64,000 nt of DNA from Auanema rhodensis (lineage: Eukaryota; Animalia; Nematoda). The position numbers and the translations under genes are program-made. Below, one piece after another: positions 1-14,445 of the stretch. The DNA is taken from positions 13,764,001 through 13,828,000 of the forward strand of contig OZ059896.1 of the NCBI GenBank assembly GCA_964057225.1, read 5' to 3'. Below the pieces are notes generated by a model that was given only the letters and a program-made list of their open reading frames with translations, had not been told where the DNA came from and searched no databases. Each line of letters starts with the position of its first letter. Position 1 is the stretch's first letter.

Positions 1-165
1 GTCTAAAGCACCCACGCTTTATGTTCTAGTACGTGAACTAAGGGTGTAATTTGTGTATACCGTGGCAATCAAAAGTATACATTGGAGATATGCGCTTGTC
101 ATGATGTTAACTATATGTTGGCATACTATATCATATAAAATCGATAATTTTAGCATTTCAGGTGT

Positions 166-3100
166 ATGGGTGAGAAGAAGAACTTTAAAGATGGACCTAA
201 ACAACCACGTCCCCCGCAACGGAAATCAGGAGTAGAGAAGGGTAAAGTAATCCTGCTAGCCGCTTGCTTAGCTGTGATCGCAGGAGTAACACAACAAGTT
301 ATATTTGCAACAAAGTCGTTACCATCAAAATTACCGCCCATCGAAGGTTTACCTGTTGACAAAGTTAGCTATTTTTGCATGTATTTTATTCAAATAGTAT
401 TTCAGAAATCATGGGGTGCTTATCGAGCTCACACGTATTTTGGATTACGAACGAAAGAAACCCGTTCTCCACTGTTTGGAATGATGTGGAACGAGCAACC
501 TAATTTTGTTTCCCGACCCAATATACGTCACTGGTGTGACCAAGGCAATTCAATTTTTTATATAACTCTAAATTTAAGCTTGCTTTAGGTGATGGAATAT
601 CCCGCTACGGCTGGGATTCAGCCGATGGGCGTACATTTGGTATACAAAATATAACAGATAAGACTGCAAAATTGAAAATTGAATGGGTAAATCATTTGGA
701 TACATGGACAGCAAGAGTTAAACTCGCTCCTATTAAAAAAATCCGGCACACCTTTACTTTCTACTTTGCTTCTCAGGTAGGCTGAAAGTTAATGTTTTCA
801 ATGAAAGATCATTTTCAGGACTCGAACACAAAGTTCATTCTCGGGAAAGAATTAAATGATATTATAAGAGTTGAAGGTTCTAAATACGGAGGATCTGTTT
901 TTTCCGTCAGTAGTCCACAAGCTAAAAAAATATTGTATTCTACCCTATTGTGGGATGATGATTTTTCGTTGACCAATTTAAATGAATTATTACTGAGTAA
1001 TACGGTAGTGTTCGCTTATTATGTCTTAATTGTTTCGATACTTAGGGCATTCAAGAAACAACTGATGGAATTGTATATCAATTAAATCCTCAGCGTCATT
1101 TCAAAAATGGACGGTTTGTTGCTATTCAATTCAACGTTCCAGCTGAGGTCTCTTTTGAATTGTCTTTCAGGTTATTTTTTTTCAGAAACAAACTAATAAT
1201 TTGCTTTGATTTAGTTCACGTTCAAATGTTGCTTTGAAATCCAGCAGTTTTGATCAAGAACTAAAGACACGCTTAAGCGATTTCCAAAATAAATTTGAAA
1301 AAACATTTAAAATTCAAAACAAGGTTCTTCATTTCAAAATAATTGATTTATGATAAAAATTGTTTTCTTAGATGTATACCGTAATGGAATTATCTATGGC
1401 TAGAGTAGCTTTATCGAATATGTTAGGTAGTTTAGGATATTGGTTTGGTCACAATAGAGTATGTTATTTATCTTATGGTTTAAGGAAACCAATCCGTTTA
1501 GGTAGCGATAGGTAAAGAGGTTGCAAATTATGGTCCTCACGTCCTATTTTCTGCTGTACCATCTCGTCCGTTCTTCCCTCGTGGCTTTCTTTGGGACGAG
1601 GGATTTCATAATGTTTTAATATCTAAGTTTGATCCCACTTTAACAATTGAGGTTCAAGCGTATATCATTATAGTTTACATACCAGGTTTTAGATTATCTC
1701 TTCTTGGCTAAATATTATGAATGAAGATGGATGGATACCAAGAGAAATGATTTTGGGAGAAGAAAGTGAGGCTAGAGTTAGTGAATTCTTAAATTTTTTC
1801 AAAAGTATTTTACTGTAATAGGTTCCTGCTGAATATATAGTTCAAAGAACAGATAATGCTAACCCTCCAAGTTTATTCTTGGTATTTGACCGTCTTGTAC
1901 AAGATGAAAAGGTTCGTAAAATAAAAAGGCGAAAAGTAATTTTTTTTACAGGTTGTCAAGGAGCATGGAAAGATTTTAGCTAGTATGTATCCTAAGTTAG
2001 AGAAGTGGTTCAATTGGTTGTTAATAAGTCAACGCGGAAAAAAGAAAGGAACATTCAGGTTCAATACTTCCCCTACAGTTAAATGTCTTGCTTTTTTTTC
2101 AGATGGCGAGGCAGAAATGAAACAACCGAATTAGAGTTGAATCCCAAAACATTAGCTTCAGGGTTAGATGATTCTCCTAGAGCAAGTCATCCATCTTCTG
2201 ATGTGAGTTACTCGTCTTTAGGGATATTTAATTTTTTAACGAAAGGAAGTTGTAATACATAATTACAGGAATATCACTTGGATTTGCGTTGTTGGTTAAC
2301 TGTTTGCAGTAATGTAATGGCTAGATTATCTTCTTTGTACGGATCAAATGATGAAAAACAAAAATACAATGATATCGCAAAAGAACTGAACGATTATGAT
2401 TCTCTCGTTCGTCTTCATTGGAGTAATTCTTCTCAGGTTCTAAAGTTTTTCAGATGATGATCAATTTTGTTTTTTGTAGGAGTTTTGCGATTATGGAAAA
2501 CACAGTACTAAAGTTAAATTAGCTGCCGTAGTAAATAAAATGCAACCTGGGACTTATACTTTCAAACGGCATGAATTAAGTTTCACATACATCACGTTTA
2601 CCTGTTTGTTTGCAGAATTGTACAAGAGGAACCCAAACTAAGACTGGTAGACGATTCTTTTGGTTACATTAATTTGTTCCCGTTGATGATGAAATTAATT
2701 CCTGCTAATGCCAAAGAACTTCCATTCGTCCTTAAAAAATTGAGAGATACGAAAGTAAATCAAAACTATGTGTCATTTTTACAATTAGCATTTTTTTAAA
2801 GGAAATTTGGACAGATTTTGGTTTGCGATCAATATCTCTTTCATCGCCTTATTATGCTGCAAGGAATACTGAACATGATCCACCTTACTGGAGAGGGTAA
2901 AACTATTATTTCTACGGAATTAACATGTTTTATTATTAAGAAATATTTGGATAAATATGAATTATCTTGTAATTTCTGCTCTCAAACACTATTCAACTAT
3001 TGACGGTCCAGTGAAAGAAGAATGCGGTAAGCTGTTTGCCGAACTGCGGAACAATGTTATCAAAAACATGGCCAAGGCAAGTGTAGCAAGTTGTCCATTA

Positions 3101-3257
3101 ATATTAGTTTGAATAATCATAGGAATTCACGAGTAATGGATATTTGTGGGAGCATTACAATGATAGAAGCGGGAAAGGCGGAGGATCTCATCCTTTTACG
3201 GGTTGGAGCTCTCTAGTTTTACTGATAATGGGTGATGACACTGATACAGCCTTTTAA
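166..3257 (+). CDS. MOGS: Mannosyl-oligosaccharide glucosidase (glucosidase I, GH63), multi-exon
   Basis: N-terminal signal anchor followed by [22 protein letters not shown]. Spliced exons give [46 protein letters not shown] and [18 protein letters not shown]. Stop TAA at 3255-3257. Confidence 0.97.
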
Positions 3258-3964
3258 GTTTTTTTGTTAATTAAGCTTGTAACTGTGATATATTGTTTTA
3301 AGTTTGCTTAAGTTATATGATAAATTAACTTATTCTAATCATTTTTGTCGGGTTCAATTAGTTTCAAGTTTTACACTTACTGATCTTAATTAGGTAAAAT
3401 AAAACTTTAAACTCTCAAATTTGTAAAAATTTTTTTTAAATGGTCATATTGATCCATTTTGTATTTGATTTCGTTTGAACTTTTTGAAAATGGGCTTAAT
3501 GAGTTCGATAGTTGAACATACCGTCACATGTGGCTTATCTATTTAAATATTTGCCTTTGTCATTCCAAAATGTAATATTGATATTCATTTTTTTAATATG
3601 GCAAGATCTAAAATAAAATTTCGCTCAACAATGGTAAGTTTGTTGACCTTCTAATTAGAAAAATAAATAAACAATGAGTGTTCATCGTTAGGGTCAGAAA
3701 TAAATTATACTCCGATAAATCACTCTTCCCACGAATTTTGCAAGGGTAAAATAAAACTGATGATAACATTTTCCAGCCATAAGGTTGTGCGTGCAGCTCT
3801 TGCCCTTTTTTTATCAAAATGATGCCCATAAGTGACCACTTTGATGAGCTAGCTTTAATTATCGATCATGTTTTTCAATTTAAATAAGATTTATTGGTTG
3901 AATGTGTAAAAGTTATTATAAATTTCTCTTATTTCAGTATCCGAAGCTACTATCCCCTGGGAAA

Positions 3965-6260
3965 ATGTCTTCATACGGAGCCATTGGCCTTGAGGGTTCA
4001 GAGTTAGTTAATTTTTTTTTTGGGATTTTATTTCTCGTTATTTAGCACTGATCCATTATTAGAGGCCGAAGCTTCCATTCGGAGATCTGCATCTGCTGCT
4101 GATTTACCTGTTGTAAACAGAGCAACACAGCCTAGAAATAGTTTTCAAAGACAACCTTATTTATTTACAGGTTTGTTCCAATCTTATTTTTACTTATAAT
4201 TTCCAATTTATATTATATAAATGATATAATTCAGGAGGAATAGCTTTGTCTCCTGATGGCAGCACATTGTCATTACATTCTGGAGAAGATTATCATCGAG
4301 AGCACAACAATGCTGTTCGTTACCGACTATACAATAGACTTGATCCGGGGGGGCATCAGTTGGTATGATCTATGTTTAACATTCTTAGTTTTTCGTTTCT
4401 GTTTTAGAGAATGCCAGACCATGTCACCCCTTCTGAATTCTTCTCCATTCTTCCTTTCGACGACATGCGGGACGGAAGTGGCAAGCAGAGCAGTATAGTA
4501 ACTATGTAAGATCTTACTGTGTTTTATTTAGTTTACTTTGTATTTCTAGTTTTTCACTATGGAATACCATAATGGGTACTTCCTTATTAAGTATGCCTTG
4601 GGCATTACAGCAGGTAGAACATCCTATGCTCTAACAAGCCTTTATCCCTAACTTCCAGGCTGGTCTCGCCCTCGGCATATTTATTTATTTAGCAATGTGT
4701 GCAGTTTGTCTTTATACTGCTTATAGGGTACTACAAAGTGCCGATGGGTTACGTAAGTATATTGCGAATATATGAAAGCCCTACTGTCATTTCAGCTGAT
4801 CTACAAGTTGATCCATCGGTTGCTGAATTTAGTGATGTTTGTGAATATTTTTTCGGGAAATTTGGAAAGGCCATTTCGGTCGTTACTTCTGTTATAGTTT
4901 TTCTTGGCGGTATCATTGTCTACTGGGTACTCATGTCTAACTTTTTGTACTATACTGGAACTGTCGTATATGGTACCTGTAATCATTTTGAACTGTTCTG
5001 AACTGATTCCATTATAGAAGCATTGCAACCCAACAGTACAACGATTCCTATTATGGAAAATAAAACATTCACATGTGATAGTACGTCACTTTTCCAGTTA
5101 TTCTATAAGATTACATATTTGCAGTTTATTGTCCGGACGAAATTCAACAATCTTTTTCATCTGTTCTATCAGGTTTTAACAATGGTACTTCTGAATCTAC
5201 CTTTGATAAGCTTTGGCAGTTACAGGTGCGAATTACCAAACTTTTTTATATATGTCGTTCGATTTTTTACAGGGAACAGTTCCGTTTTATCTTGCTATTG
5301 TAGCCTTCCCACTTTTTAACTTCAAGTCTCCAACTTTCTTTACTAAATTCAATGTTTTGGGAACCATATCAGTTGTGTACTTATTAGTCTTTACTGGTTC
5401 TAAATTTGTAGAATGTGGTTTCAATATGGATTTTGTCAATCCAAATTCTATTCATTATGTTCAATGTAAGTGTTTCTTTTATATTTTATTAAGATTTATT
5501 CTCCTTTCAGTGTTTAATTGGAGGTTCCCTGCTTTAACAGGGACATTAACTCTGTCTTATTTTATTCATAACGCTGTTAGAACCATATTAAGAAATCAAC
5601 GTAATCCTGAAAATAATGCTCGTGATTTATCTATTGCCTACTTTTTGGCGGCTGGCTGCTATATTTACATTGCAGTTGCGTTTTTTGCCGGATTCCCGGT
5701 GCAACGTAGTTGCATAAGTGATGTAATGTTTCAAAGTCCAGGCTTTTAAAAATCTTAACATTCAGAATATGCTCAATAACTTTGGTTCCGGTGATATTTT
5801 AAGTAGTATGGCTCGACTATTTCTGTTATTCCAAATGCTTACTGTACTTCCTTTACTAATGTACCTTACAAGAACTCAAATTTTCTACTCAATTTGTGGA
5901 AATGGCTATCCAGGGTGAGTATCAGTACGCAATTTTCTAATTTCATTATTCAATTTCAGCGTTTTTTGGGTTGTTTTAATGAATTTGGGCATCATGTCTG
6001 TAGCTATTTTCTTCGCCGTGTTTTATCCCAAAGTTGGAAGTATTATCAGGTAAAGAATTTTTCTAAAACTGTCTTATCGTTGTCATTATTTCAGATATGT
6101 TGGCGCTATATGTGGTATGGTTTATGTTTTTACTCTTCCTACTGTTGTTCATCTGAAAAAACTCCATATGAGAGATGAATTGACAGTTACCAAACAATTC
6201 CTGCATTTTCTTATAATTGGGCTTGGTGTAGCGAATATGATAGCACAGTTTGTCATGTAA
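3965..6260 (+). CDS. SLC38A9: Lysosomal amino-acid transceptor SLC38A9 orthologue, multi-exon
   Basis: N-tail [22 protein letters not shown]1 [18 protein letters not shown]; also [29 protein letters not shown] and [25 protein letters not shown]. Ends AQFVM*. Confidence 0.95.
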
Positions 6261-6628
6261 AAGCCTTATTATCGATGTTTTATTTTTTTGTAGGTTTTAA
6301 TCTTTTATTATCTTTGTATTCATGTTTTGTTTCTTCTAATAATACTAACAGTGTTCTATTTTTGTTACCTTTTCATGTACTATAACCAGTCTATTGCTCA
6401 GATCATTATTATGGGTACTAGGTACCAAGCTAGACGTGTTTCGTTTTGTGATTAACCTAGGCCAGTGCCTTTCAGAAATGTTGATATTGAGAAACTATCC
6501 TGTATCTGTATACAATTGCATTATAAAATTTTCTAAGAATAAGTTCATTATCTTTTATGTTTATGATTATAGCTGCTATACCTTCAATTGCATTTAGTTT
6601 CTATAAATATGTACTTGTATAGGTATCT

Positions 6629-8029
6629 ATGCGGTTAACCTTCTCTTTGCGAAACTTAGGTTCGCGATATGTAGAAAAAGTTCGCTTACTTGACTATTGG
6701 AAACTTCATGATGAATCGTTGGCAAGGTGCGTGTTCTAAGATTTTTCTGTGATCTTTCTTAAGATTCTAGAGAGTTTCCACGAGCTCAATTCGTGCTAAT
6801 GGTTGATAAGCGTCCACTGATAAGAAAAAACAAAAAGATACCTGAGCTAGCTATCTATGAATATGCTGGTTTAATTTTGTTGTAAACAAATCAAGAACCT
6901 TATTTTCTTAGATTTACGGAAAAGACTTGGTGATTATGGTGTAAATTTTGACTTACGACATTCTTGTTTGTTGGATGCTATACCAACTTCAGATGAAATG
7001 TTTGTAAGCCTAGTTTTAAATACCGCCAGTTACTTTTTTTGCCAGACACCCCTCTTTGGTATAGCTGTCACAACTGAAAATCCACCAGAGGACTCTCCTA
7101 TCCAGAAAAGTGATGTTATAAAATCACTTGGTAACTGTTTGGAAGGAAAGTTCATTGATTTGAGAATTGCAATGCTAACAATGACTTGTGAACGCCAAAG
7201 AGGTCTCCTGGCTACTGTAACTGCATTATTCTTACTGTTTTTGTCAAAACCCATGTTCAGTTTCAATCTCTTTCTCGTTGGTCTAGAATTTATCTACGCT
7301 GTCCCAAATGCGCTGCAGCTTTGAAAATGCGCGTAAGTAAAAGTGGTGCTGCTTGCCATTCTTGTCAACGTGTCTATTATCCTACAGTAAGTTTTTAAAA
7401 CGTTTTCTACCAACATTGAATTTCTAGTTTTCTCCTGTAGCTATCACTCTGGTTCGTGATCCGCTGGATCAACATTGCCTCTTGGTTCGCCATAAAGGAT
7501 CTGCTAATGGAATTTTCACTTGTGTAGCCGGTTTCGCAACTGTAGGTTTCATTTTAGTTTGAAAACCAAAACCTCTTTCAGTCGGGCGAATCTCTCGCAG
7601 ATTGTGCTAAGCGTGAAGTTGCAGAAGAAGTTGGTATCGATGTAGAGTGTGTACGAGCATTAGGAATGTCACAACCGTGGCCCATGCCAGATAGTTCACT
7701 AATGGTTGCACACGAAGCGATTGCCGATATGGAGCAGCTGGCATGTTTTCTGCAACTATTGTTAAAAATAACTATTATTTTTAGTTAGATACGTGTCCAG
7801 ATGAATTGGAAACTGCACAATGGTTCTCGCGCGAACAAGTGAAAGAAGCACTTGAGCGTACTATTAGCGATCCTATGTTGAAAGTATTTTTCGAATATGC
7901 ATAACTGATATTGCTTAATATTTGCAGGGACTATCAAAAAGCTTAGATGATAGACAAAAACTACGTTACATACCGCCTGCTGGTGCCATTGCTCATCATA
8001 TTATTAAGAATTGGGTGGAAAGAGTATAA
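6629..8029 (+). CDS. ndx-9: NADH pyrophosphatase, NudC/NUDT12-13 family Nudix hydrolase
   Basis: Zinc ribbon RCPKCAA..ACHSCQRVYYP, Nudix box AGF..GESLADCAKREVAEEVG, SQPWPMP signature, C-terminal IPPAGAIAHHII. Confidence 0.92.
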
Positions 8030-8229
8030 TATTTGTATATTGATAATTTTCTCAGTTTTCTATGTTAAGATAGACACATTATTTTCCTATGGAGAAGAAT
8101 ATAAAATATTTAACAAGTCTTAAGCGAATACAAAGAACGACCACTTTTAAAAGGTTTCAAGCCAGTTTTCATATTCAAAAAATCAGGCTCAAACCTTAGT
8201 CTAAACAAAAAATTATTAAACCATAATAA

Positions 8230-8695
8230 TCAAATTACTAACTTTTCCAACATAATAGGGACAGTACAATAATCATCAGAACAGATGCAATTAAAGAGAG
8301 AAAACTGAAAGAATAAAGTCTTGATCAAGATTATACACTTACTTCGCTTCCAGAAAGAAATTCTCCTGTTGTGCATGGAAACAATTGAGTTTCTAACGAT
8401 GAATTATAATCTGCACATGATGATACGAGGCGATATTTGTATCCAGATTGAAGCTGAAAGTAATACGAATTCTACTATTTTTCTTTAAGAGTTGAAGATC
8501 ATACTAGACTCAGTTGGCATACACTGCCATCACAATCTGATTCTGTGTTTTCCAAAGCCCACAAGCCGTAATTGAATTTATATATAAATCTGAGAAGAAG
8601 CCAAGATTTAAGATAAATTGTTGTTTTTGATACCTGGCACATAGTGAAGAGAAGCTCATATGAACTAGAGGAATTAGAAAAGCAACCGCTCGCAT
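8230..8695 (-). CDS. Small secreted Cys-rich protein (~110 aa), three-finger (Ly6/activin-receptor ectodomain)-like Cys spacing
   Basis: Four GT-AG exons join in frame: MRAVAFLIPLVHMSFSSLCAR-FIYKFNYG..DCDGSVCQLSL-LQSGYKYRLVSSCAD..FPCTTGEFLSGSE-FSLFNCICSDDYCTVPIMLEKLVI*. Signal-peptide-like start, 8 Cys. Confidence 0.7.
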
Positions 8696-9446
8696 TAAGG
8701 GAAACATTAAAATTAAAGTTAAGATTTCGATTTCAATGCTCATAAGTATGCTAATTAGATTACTTTGATAAGAAATAAATTGATAATTTGTAGTGATAAA
8801 TAAAATTTTAATTTAATTTAACTTGTCTTTAACATTGTTTTCTATATAACACGCTACAATATAGTGGTAGATAGCTTATCCCTAGTAGTCATCTAAAAAT
8901 ATGGTCTTATATATGTACATATAGCTATGCGATCATCTGCATCTGTTTTTCAAACATATCGATTTTAAAAAAATTTATAGCTTATAATATACATATCACA
9001 TATGATTCGTCATGATACTAAGCTAAGTGTATCAGATCTCAACAATAAGCTTTAGGATAGAACTTCATCGTGTTCATCATTTGACATAATATATCACTAT
9101 GATTCCAACCAATGAAGAGGATAAACCTGAAAACAAAACGTAAAGTTTCTATATTTTAGCTTTTAGACAACTGTAAATTAGTTTTTCTTTCATTATCCAA
9201 AAAAAAGGTTCAATAAAATATAAGTTGGAACAATGAACGAGCACTTTTATTGCTTCGATGATCCGTCTTGTTTGTCCACACTATTATTCCTCATTATTCG
9301 GTCTGTATACCGTTGACCAAACAGGATCATCCTTTTTCGTTTTTCATTTTGATCATGAGATATATATATATTTGGATAGATAGTATAAACCATATCGTGA
9401 TTACCAGATTCAATAAAACCTTCCCTGTAATATTGAATTCTTCAGA

Positions 9447-12400
9447 ATGCAACTAGAGAATTATTCCAAATGTATGGTTCAACCACCCATAACGAAGGTT
9501 TGTTTTTATTGCTTTTCTTAAACTTAATGTCGTTTTTTTTAGATACACACGGAAAGTTCGAATGAAATTAATAATAATGTGAGTTTTAAGGAAAATATTT
9601 TTTTTAACACGATTCTTAGAATATTAACATATCGGTTTCCCCTACATCTAATGAGTTAGATCAGAGTAAACGGTCTTCATCGTTTTTTTTTAACTCGGAA
9701 GTCATAACGAACTGTACTTCAATGAAATTCGACCAACATTATTGTATTAATCATTGTAAACAACGTTCGCTAAGGTATTTAAGTTTATATCATTAACTAG
9801 TGAAAACACGGTAAAATAGTTTGATATATGCTCGAGAAGATCCGATTAAAGTTGAAGAAAGGCGTAAATGGCTAGGAAGTCTTCTAGCTGAAATCTATGA
9901 TGAACCATCGTCTGATAGGTTATATATCATACTAGAAAAATTATTAAGAAAGTATGTTTAGAGACGTATCTGATAGTTTAACTGATACTTCTACTTTATC
10001 TGATCAAGAAGCAAAAAGACGCAAACTAACAAAAGAATTACTTCAACGTATAAGTCAGTTACATAGTTAAAGAAGTTCTTCGTGACACTTCAAAAATATT
10101 TAGATATTCAGTTAATCAGAGAAGAGAGGGACTCGTTGGAAACTGAATTAGAATTATGTAATCAACGACTACTACGGGCTGTACGTCAAAAAGCTCATCA
10201 AGCGTCAAAATTGAATACAAGATGCGCTGTCGTTACCGCAATTCTGCAAGCTTTATCGTCGAAGACAAGTATGTTTCGCCGATTTTTTAATGTTCTATTA
10301 TGAGATTTAACTATTAAGTATGTTGTGCTAATGAGATAGGCATTTACGCTTACTAAACAGCTAAACGAAAGACATTTTTTCTTTAGCAATCTATAACAGA
10401 GATGTCTTTTGGCAGTATTGAAGAGACAGAAATGTCACAACAGATGGCTTTTTTTGAAAAATAAATAAAAGTTCCTCAACCAAATAAAATAATAATCTTT
10501 GAGAAAAAAAGTTATGGATGCTATCCCTGTACTTTAAGGGTAATTCAAACCAATTTAGATTGAAACTTTGTATAAAATAATATAATGAAGAAAAAGAGAA
10601 GAAAGAAAAGAAGATACTCAAGTATTAAAATGAAACTTTATATCTTAAGGGTCTCTATTCCTCTCTTAAAAAAGATAAAACACTTCTAAACAAAGGAAAA
10701 TCAATACGATGCACACTGCTTACTCCCATATTCATAGTAGAGCACATTGCCTTTTTTCTTCTTTGCCTCTACCTTAATCAAAAGCTATTTTTCGATTTAT
10801 GAGCAAAATTTTATATGTTTTTATTCATTTATTCATTTTCTTTTTTTATATATGAAACTTGTTTGTATTGTATACTAGCATATCTACTCAACTTCAGAAA
10901 TTATTTCCATACAGAGCATAGCTACATAGTTGTATCTATGCTTATTGAATTCTACATGTCGTTCAGCTTTGTTTTTCATCCGAGTGTCTAGAGATCAGCT
11001 GCTTTTATTTCTAGTCGAGCCAAAAAAAGAGCATGAGAAAAAATAAGAAAGGAGCAGCTACGACGTTTTACTTTACCAAGAAGAAGAAGGGCGAAATGGG
11101 AGGAGACAAGACTTCAAGAGTTTGTCTTTCGATCTCAACCTCAGTCCTTGTTCAGCTTGCGGATTGAACCTTTTTTCAAGTTTGCATTCAGAATTTTCTG
11201 CTTTTAGTATTTAAATTATTCGCATGACACTATATCTTGCTCCTTATTGCAAGCCTCTCGCATATTAGGTCCGTTTGTTTTTCATGTTATTGTGACCCAT
11301 GTTCAAATGGGTTTCCACATGTTTTCTTCTTTCCACTTTTTTTTATGATCATAGATGAAGAAAAAGGCTCCTTTTACTCACTGAAATGTTTATGCAACGA
11401 ATGAAAATTGATATTACTTCTGATGCATTCTTTTGATATTTCATCATCTCGAACGATATTTCTGAAGCTTTTTTTCTATTCATGTCATATTCTCATGTAA
11501 AGCTGCAAGAGGTTCAGAACATTGAAATCTGCTCGTATTGCGCTTCAAAAGGACCTCGTTCGCTTCTCTCGTTTTATTAGAAAAATTTCTCTCCATTCTT
11601 TACGTACATTTATTTTATGAAATCATAATGGAAATGTTTAGAAATGGCTTGAAGCGTTAGAATTTCATTGGTTGACCAAAAATGACTTTCAACTTTCCAT
11701 CAACTTCCAATATTCAAAATAGTATTCAAACATTCATTTCTTCACGTTGGTAACCTGTTCACATACTCAAATAATCATTAGTCAAAAATAAAAATATACT
11801 TTACATTTCTTAGCACCTCTTACTTATACTAGATGCTTCAGGTCTCGATTCGCGCCTCAAATTTAGTACGGAGCCTATGAAAGGAGAAAATGGAATGAAA
11901 GAATGGACAGAAGCTATGAAAGCTGTAGCTAGGTTACCGGGAGGGATTCCGGATTATTTTAGACTAAAAGTAGGTGAATTTAGTAATGTACAAACCAGCG
12001 AATTTCATTTCAGTTATGGAAAACATTAGCTGAAAATCATGTGCAATCAGCTGGCATTAACTGGAAAGAGGTTCAGAATTCATCTTTCTGTGACCGCTTA
12101 CAAGATAATGATGAATTGATTCATTCCCAAATTATAAAGGTTATTATAAGTAAAAAGAAAATATTAATGAAAGATTTACAGGATTTGCATAGAACTGGAT
12201 GGGAAGGATTCCAAGAAGAGAAAAAGCTGAAACAACTTCTTCTAGCATTCGCTCGGTAAATATTTTTGGTAACAGTACTCTATCAAATAAACATCTCAAT
12301 CTTAGTTATAATAAATCAATTGGATATTGTCAAGGTTTTAATATTATTGGAGCTTTAATACTACAAGTGGTTGACTACGATATTCCCGATGCACTTAAGG

Positions 12401-14162
12401 TTTGATTAACGGAATTATGATGTTAAATTAAGTTGCTATCAATATCAGATTTTCATATTTTTAATCGAACAAGTTATACCAACTGGGTACTTTGACCAAT
12501 CTTTGCGAGCTTTATCTGTTGACATGTCTGTTTTAAAAGATTTGCTACATCAACGATTACCAAAAACAATGCAACATTTGGAGAATCTGCAGCACACATC
12601 AGGTTATTTTTTTACGAAAAGCGACATTATTTACTCTGGTTATATTAGGGAATGACTACGAGCCTGCTTTGACCAATGTCTTCTCTATGCATTGGCTGCT
12701 TACTCTTTTTGCTACTTGTCTTCCTCGAAAAATTGTTTATCGAATATGGGACGCTGTTATGCTCGAGGGTTCTGAAGTTCTGCTACGCACAGCTTTAGCT
12801 ATTTGGGCAAAAATCAGCAAGTAAGTTCGAGAAAGTACAAATATTCAAAACTCTAATGTTGCTCACACACGTCTAGTCAGTTCAAACAGTTAGAAATGGA
12901 GATAAATAAAAAAAGGAAAATATATTGAGAAAAATATGAAAACTTAGATTGATAAAGATATTTCTTTTCTAAATTGCAGTGGAACCAACCAAGGGTAACG
13001 CTAAAATTAAAATAAAGTTTTTTTTTTGAAGATCCATGTACACGTGCGTGTAATATTCAAAATTTTATGTTAAAAGATTTTCTCTTTTCGTATTAAAAAG
13101 TATTTTCAGGAAAATTCTAACAACTACAAGCGCAGATCAGTTTTATGATTTAATGGAAAAATTGAGTGTTCAATTGGCAGAAATGAGTGACACAGACCAA
13201 GATAATCTCATTATGGTATTTCCACATATATCACAATCTTTATGATTATATCTCTAAGGTCGTATATACAATGGAACCTTTCCCATATCCAGGGTTGAAC
13301 GAGTTACGCGAGAAATATACTTGGAACATTCAACCTTTATCTACAACTTTCAAACTTTTTCAAAAAAGTGTATCCAACATTCTTCACGACGAATCTGAAT
13401 CAGATTCGACCGTATCATGTTCACCCTGCCAAGGCAATTCTTATGGTTTTCTAGTATAAAATAAACTGTTTATAGGATCAGGAACAGATACCGAGAACAA
13501 ATGCAAAAAAACTGACATTCAACAGTTACAGGCTCAGTATCGGAAGCTGTTAAATAGACAACGACAAGCTTCTGTGATTTTGAAATGTAATTCAGAGTAT
13601 ATTCCCACGAACTTTCTCACAATTCTATTTTAAGCTGCTTTTGTGAACGCACAGAACAAACTTTCTAATAATAGCGTAAACTACTCAAATTTTTTAATCA
13701 ATAATAAGCCGGTCTTTAATCATTTGAGAATATCGAATAATTCAGAACTAAAAGAAAAAAAGTTTAAATCACTCAAAGAAAAAAAAACACTTTTTCTTTT
13801 AGTAAAACTACGTCACCGACGTTAGCTTCGGGGGCAATCGCACTTACACCAACTATGGTCCAACCAATGGAAGCAGACTTGCGATCGGCAGGCTCAAGCC
13901 CGCATTTGGGGTAACTGTTGTGTAATAGATAAAATGTCTTATCTTGATTATATAGGGAACAGAGAAGACATTTACAAGTAGACCCGAAAAATCCGCCTTT
14001 CAAGGTCACATTTACCTGCACTGACATAAAAACTAAATATATTATTTTCAGGAAACCATATTAGATAGGCAGTCCATGTTGAAAAAATCTAAAGCTTTGC
14101 TCAGGAGTTTCACAACCGAAGATACACCTATTTTATCAAACGTGCGGTCTTCTCATGCTTGA
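9447..14162 (+). CDS. TBC1D30: Rab-GAP TBC domain protein, TBC1D30-like
   Basis: ARLPGGIPDYFRLKLW, IIKDLHRTG (Arg finger), YNKSIGYCQGFN (Gln finger), EPALTNVFSMHWLLTLFATCLP, YPGLNELREKYTWNIQP. N-terminal coiled-coil exons at 9447-10268; the exact 5' end is less certain. Confidence 0.85.
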
Positions 14163-14445
14163 ATTCACTTAACAGATGTTTTACGTATATAAAAAATAAA
14201 TATTTTGATGTTTCTCTAATGAACAAAATATCCAGCTAATCACGTCGACTAAATATGAAATTATGTTGTAATGTTATATAAATTTAAAATGTTTATAATA
14301 TTTTGGAGGGAGGATGGATTTAATTAATTAAGAGACTATGTATTGTATCACATTCATAAATTATGGTGTACAAATAGAACGTATAAGACAGTTTCTACTG
14401 AAATAAATTAAAACACAACAAGGACCCATAAGTGGAGGATAAGAT

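Noticed and set aside
3740-3812. Stem (AAGGGTAA/TTGCCCTT) enclosing TGATGA, a possible box C/D snoRNA
   Set aside because: No box D (CTGA) next to the 3' arm of the stem.
6375-6520. Possible intercistronic H/ACA snoRNA ending ..ACAatt
   Set aside because: I could not build two convincing hairpins with a correctly placed H box.
7741-7788. Possible additional GC donor in ndx-9
   Set aside because: An in-frame GT-AG alternative (donor 7745, acceptor ending 7788) exists, so the case is ambiguous.
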